64,000 nt of DNA, from the NCBI RefSeq assembly GCF_009914755.1, contig NC_060929.1. One strand, written 5' to 3'. Below, one piece after another: positions 58,632 to 64,000 of the stretch. The stretch's first letter is position 1, and the number at the start of each line of letters is the position of its first letter. A program made the translations under genes and the position numbers. The DNA comes from the human T2T-CHM13v2.0 reference genome, Homo sapiens. The notes under the pieces are model-generated. The model worked only from the letters and a program-made list of their open reading frames with translations. It was not told the DNA's origin and did not search any database.

Positions 58632-59596
58632 TGACAGAGACAAGTGTATGGTGAAATGTTTCTTTGCTACTAAGGAAGCAAGAGTGACAGAAATCAATGG
58701 CCAGTCAGCTCTGGGAGGAGAGACTATAGGGATTGGTGAGGACTGGGGCAGAGTCTGTGCCATGGGTAAACAGGACAGCAGTGAGGCAGGGCCATGTCAA
58801 TATGCAGACACAGTGCTGCTTGATAGTCTGTCTCTCTTTCTTTTTTCTTTTTTTTGAGATAAGTCTCCCAAGTGGAGACCTGCTGATTTATTTTCAAATG
58901 ATATAGAAAACAGACAAAACCTACAGATGGACCCAGAATAGCAGTCTCTGGTGCAAATATAATGTTTATAGAGTTTTAATAAATTTATAAGGTTTTCATT
59001 AATTTATTATAAATAAATTTTATAATAAAGTTTTATACAATTATAAATATGATAACTTATAAGTTATTATGTTTATAAATAACCCTATAAGAATGACTAT
59101 TGCCAGAATTCAGTGGAAACAGGGCTGTTGGAACATTGGGGACAGTTTTATGGAGAAGGCAGGATGTCAGCCGAACATGAAAGGCCAGTGTATGTGACAC
59201 AGGCCCTCTCTGGATGACAGCCTGTGGGAGATCTTGGAGTGTCTGAGCTGAGAGATGCCTGCTTCTCAACCTCAGCAGCCCTTGGGATTCCTCCTTGCCT
59301 GATATGCTTCCTTGCTAAGGGGGGCCTTGGACCACACCGAGACCTCTGCTAGGCATGCTTCTGAAGATGTTGGCCCAGAGATGGGAAAAATGGCATTTAT
59401 TCTTTATGTAAGTTAGGATTATCAAAATATTGTGAGTTGATTGTAAGACATTTGGAAATGTATAAAATGTCCATGATCTCACGATTTAGAGGAAACCATT
59501 GTTTATTCTTCCTCTCTTTTGTATCATATATATGATATGATATGAATCATATTATATTTATATAAATATATATATTTATATAAATATATATATATA

Positions 59597-59873
59597 GGTC
59601 TCACTCTGTTGCCCAGTCTAGAGTGCAGTGGCATGATCATAGCTCACTGCAACCTTGACCTCCTGGGCTCAAGCAATCTTCCCACCTCAGCCTCCTAAGT
59701 AGCTAGGAATGCAGGCACACATCACCATGGCTAGCTAATTTCAAAATATTTTTTGTAGGGACAGGGTCTCACTACATTGCCCAGGCTGGTCTTGAATTCC
59801 TAGCCTCAAGTGATTCTTCCACTTCAGCCTCCCAAAGTGCTGGGATAACAAGTGTGAGCCACCACACTTGGCC
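59597..59873 (-). mobile_element. Alu (AluJ-like) preceded by a TA-rich tract
   Basis: Antisense Alu consensus. Confidence 0.9.
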
Positions 59874-60011
59874 TGTATCATATATTTTATATAATTGGGA
59901 TCTTGTTTTGCATGCTGTGTAATCTGATTTCTGAAAATTATTAGGAACATTTTCCCATTCTATTTTTAAGGGCTTCACAGGACTCTTTGAAGGACACTGG
60001 CTATAGTCAAT

Positions 60012-60367
60012 TTTATGGCTTGGCTCTGCGCCCCTGACCAAATCTGACCTTGAATTATAATAACCCCCACGTGTCAAGGGTGGAACCAGGTGAAGATAAC
60101 TGAATCATGGCAGCAGTTTTCCCCATGCTGTTCTCATGAGATCTGATAGTTTTATAAGAGGCTTCCCCCTTTGCTCGCCACGCATTCTCACTTCGTCCTG
60201 CTGCCCTGTGAAAAAGGTGCTTGCTTCTCCTTTGCCTTCCGCCATGATTGTAAGTTTTCTGAGGCCTCCCTAGCAATGCGGAACTGTGAGTCAGTTAAAT
60301 CTCTTTCCTTTATAAATTACCCAGTCTCAGGTATTTCTTTATAGCAGCATAAGAATGGACTAATACA
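60012..60367 (+). mobile_element. THE1/MST (MaLR) solo LTR
   Basis: atggcttggctctg...ccaaatct...ataaattacccagtctcaggtatttctttatagca...ggactaataca. Confidence 0.88.
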
Positions 60368-62399
60368 ACCAATTGTAATATTTTCTTCTTTAAGGACATT
60401 TAGGTTCATTTCATTGTATGCTAGAAAAACTTCCTGGAATTCATACCCTTAATAGACAAATCATTGTCCTCTTTGCTTATTATTTGTTTACCATTGGATG
60501 TGAGTCTCACCCAAACTTACCAGTGTTTGTCCAGGTTTTGACTCTCCCTTTTCCCTACTTTTCAAACACAAAGGTGCATGCACACACACACAGAGGATTT
60601 TGCTTCCTCCCTGTGTGATAGACTCAGCATGGAGCAGACTGTGTTGTCCTTGAGTTAAGGAGTTGGAGTAACATGATCCAATTCGGGAGGGACATGTTTT
60701 CACAACTCCGCCGTTATCCTTGATGGCAGGGGGTGTGTCTGTGTGTGGACGTTCCCTGCAATACCAAGCACTTAAATGCGACCACACTGAGAGCCCTCAT
60801 TAGTCCTAGGCAGCCAAAGTAGATTTGCTGAGCATGCCACCATCCAGGCTGGAGAGACTGCCCACATGGAACCAGACGCCACAGTGGAGAGGGGAGCCAA
60901 TTATCCAAAGGCAAATGAGACTCTAATTACAGCTTTAGCTAAAGAGTGGGAAATTATTTGAGGAGAGACTTCCCATTTCTGGTGTAGGCACAACACAGGA
61001 CAGTTGTTCAGAATAAGGGGCTGGATCAATTCCTGATTTTGCTACCTTACCCGGGATACTTCACCTCTGTAAGCATCTGATTCTTCACCTGTGAAAGGAA
61101 AACAATATAGACGGTTGACCTCACTGGTTTCCCGTGAGCATTGAATGTGATGTTGCCGGTGAGAGGCATAGAGAGGCCTGGTCCTTAGTAAGGACTCATA
61201 AGCCAAGTTTCATCATTAATAACTATTACTAGTGCTACTATTATTTGCAGTCATCTGGTAGCATCATAGAAGGTACAACTGGAAGTCAGGAGAGCTGGAG
61301 TCTCAGCTCTGCAGTTTCCTGTGCATTCCAACTTAGAGAATGAATTCATCCCTCCGTCTTCATTTTCCTCATTTCTCAAATGAGAAGCTTGAATGAGGGG
61401 ATACGTGAGCACACATTCCCTCCTGAGGTTTGTGGTCCTAAGCTAACTGTAACCTAGGGTTCAGGGTTTGAGTTACTCTGTGCAGCAGCACTCAGCACCT
61501 TCCACTGCCACAAGTGCTCCTGGATGGTGGGAACCTGGCTCCTCAGTTACTATTTCTGGAGTTCTTACTAACACACAGAGGTGCATTGTGCTGAGAACCA
61601 TATATCATTACCTTCATGAATCCTCCCATCAACACTGTCTTACAAGGGCTGTTATGATCACCTCTTTGCAGGTGCTAAAGCTGAGATTTATATAGGAAGC
61701 TGGGATTTAAACATAGGCTCCTAACACCCATACTAAATGGTCTCTGTGTCCACAGTGTTCAGTAGTGAGTAGTAATATTTTTGTTCTTATAAATATTGGT
61801 TGGGCTGCACTCGAGGATTTGGAAGAACTGGGATGGAGAGGACACTCAGCAGTGTGCTCTTATTGCACTCTTCTCTCTTTTACTCAGTCCTTTCAAAATT
61901 GTAGGCACAAAAGTCAGGAAGGCAACACCTGTAAGACTTTGGGGGCAGCTCCTGCTACCTTAGCCCTGTCTAACTTTCTCTCTCTGTAAAATGAGACTGA
62001 TAAACAGTTGCTCTGCCCTACTTGCCTGGTAGAGTCATTTTGAGCTACACGAAGGATTGTATATGCGTGTGTGCATTAAAGAATTTGCACATTGGGCATA
62101 TCGAGTGTTTGAGCTGAAAGGAATGTTAGCAACCAGCTGCCCAGAGATAGTCAAATTCAGCAATTGAGAGAAACCCTGAAGGGGCTTCACCTTGGGTGTA
62201 TAACAAGCAGGCCCACTTCTCCCTGCTTCTTAGAATAGCTCACTGTATCTATGTCTCTGTCAGTCTACTGATCTACCAATCTATCTATCTATATATCCAA
62301 GAAAATTTTCAGCAAAAAAATTCTAAGTCTAAAGAAGTATGTGGTATTCGTTTTTCTGTGCCTGGCTTATTTCAGTTAGCATCACGTGAAAAATTGATC

Positions 62400-62545
62400 T
62401 GGCTCTGATGAGGGATGTTGATAGTGGGGAAGGCCACGTGTGGGTGGGGACAGGGGATATATGGGAACTGTGTACTTTTGACTCAATTTTGCTGTGAACC
62501 TAAAGCTGCTCTTTAAACAAAACTACTCCAAAAATAAAAAACAAA
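62400..62545 (+). mobile_element. L1MB-type 3' end
   Basis: ggggatatatgggaact..gtacttt..ctcaattttgctgtgaacctaaa.ctgctct plus A-rich tail. Confidence 0.75.
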
Positions 62546-63703
62546 TACAGTACAAACATTGACCTGAATTACCACCACCCCTGATCCATTTTACAGAGGA
62601 GGAAAAAAGGCCCTGAAAGAGGAAGTGGCTCTTCTAAGGCTACTGAGTAGAAGAGTTAAGATAGAACCCCTGGTTCAGCTTTTTCTGCCCACATACCAAT
62701 TTACTTACCAATTGTTAGCACTGAAAGTGTGGCCCTGTCCCTCCCTGGCTTAAAGGGTACACTTCAGTGACTTAGGGAGGGGGTGGTGGGGCTTCAGTTT
62801 CACTGCCTGTGCTCATGGTGGTGCCTGTGGTTGGGGGGAGGGGACATCTCTGCCATTGCTGGCTCCCTGGCATCACTGTGCCTGCGATTGTGAGCTGTTG
62901 GTGGTGGTGTCCAATGGCTCACACTGGCTCATTGCTGGGACAGTGGGATAATTTCCTAGGGCCAGCTCTAGAGGAACTCACAAGATGATTAGGTGGTGGC
63001 TGAGGTTCAGATGGGTTCAGGCTTTCTGCCCCACCAGCTTCTAGCTATGCAGGTCCAGCCATCTCCCTGTCCGTCTCTGTCTGTCTCTCATTTGTTCTGT
63101 CCCCACCCCACCCCCGCATCATCCCATGCAGCCCCTTTTCTAAAATCTTCTGCTTCACCCCATCCCTAGAGGAACTCCCCCTTTCCCCTTGCTCTCTTCT
63201 TAAGCCTGAACAACTCGCATCAGCTTAGACACCAGCCAGTTCCTAGGGAGGCAGTTCTCCACTCAGTCCCCTCAGGTTCCAGGTGTGGAGGAGGTGTGGT
63301 GACTGACTGTGGCCCCGTAGAGAGTGTAGGCTGCAGGAATTCATCCCGTTGCATTTGCCCTCCCAGAGAGAGCTCTAACCAGTTTTCTTTCTGGGTCACC
63401 GAAGCAGTAAGGCACACCTTGCCAAGGTGAGCATTATTTTTTTCTCAGACCCAGCGTCTTCTAATCTACTTTGGGGGTCATGTATTTCCCCTTCCACCAT
63501 GGCTTTGGCCTTGATCCTTTTGGATCTAGCAACCCTGGCATTGCTGTGCTAAGAAGCATGTGGCTCTTGCCCATCCAGCGTGAGCCCAGTTTGCCCTGGT
63601 GATTGCCACCTTCCCCTAGCTGTAAACTCTGCTCTATGACTGAGGAGGGACGGAGTCAGCTCTGGTTAGATTTGTAAGTTTTAAGGCTCCCCCAACCCAA
63701 TAA

Positions 63704-63704
<1 letters not shown>

Positions 63705-63748
<44 letters not shown>
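63705..63748 (+). repeat. (TG)22 microsatellite
   Basis: Directly visible; uninterrupted, so Z-DNA-prone and probably length-polymorphic. Confidence 0.95.
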
Positions 63749-63750
<2 letters not shown>

Positions 63751-64000
63751 GAATCGTTCTAACACACCTTCCAAAATGCATGGGAAAGTTGTCAACTTCT
63801 TTTCTCATGGTGTGTTAAAAGAATTTGGCATCCAATAAAGTACCTCTGGGCCTTGTGTGCTGGCAGCTTCTGGGCAGGTTGACGGTTTCCTCCCTGTTCG
63901 TATTTGTTTCATCATAAGCCAAACAAAAGCACTGAGAATCCATGTATTCGGGATCTCAGGGGCCTCTCCTCCTTCTCGTGCTTCTCTAAGATTTTCCTTG

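Overview
Primate, most likely human, genomic DNA from the middle of DOCK2 (dedicator of cytokinesis 2, the haematopoietic Rac GEF; human 5q35.1), on the + strand. Five coding exons (780-880, 2053-2187, 30792-30900, 43113-43183, 44927-45033) have canonical AG/GT boundaries and splice into one open frame ([15 protein letters not shown]...SNLFKKQ). From memory these are about exons 21-25, in the region between DHR-1 and DHR-2. The rest is intron, dense with Alu, L1, L2, MIR, MaLR/ERV LTRs and hAT elements. The ORF track holds no additional credible gene. The most unusual structure is a ~0.8 kb, ~90% identical inverted duplication of mostly non-transposon sequence (32015-32809 versus 33930-34725), 1.1 kb downstream of the third exon. 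The left arm appears to be the copy: it splits an old L2 3' end, and its junction is a mosaic of short templated inverted and direct inserts and perfect palindromes. This pattern fits polymerase-theta end joining or template switching. The duplication predicts a long non-Alu dsRNA stem in the pre-mRNA and an invertible ~1.1 kb spacer. Smaller templated or tandem duplications, a ~205 bp dispersed direct repeat, inverted Alus around a frame-preserving exon and candidate cryptic exons or enhancers are also reported. Repeat subfamily calls are by eye and boundaries are approximate.
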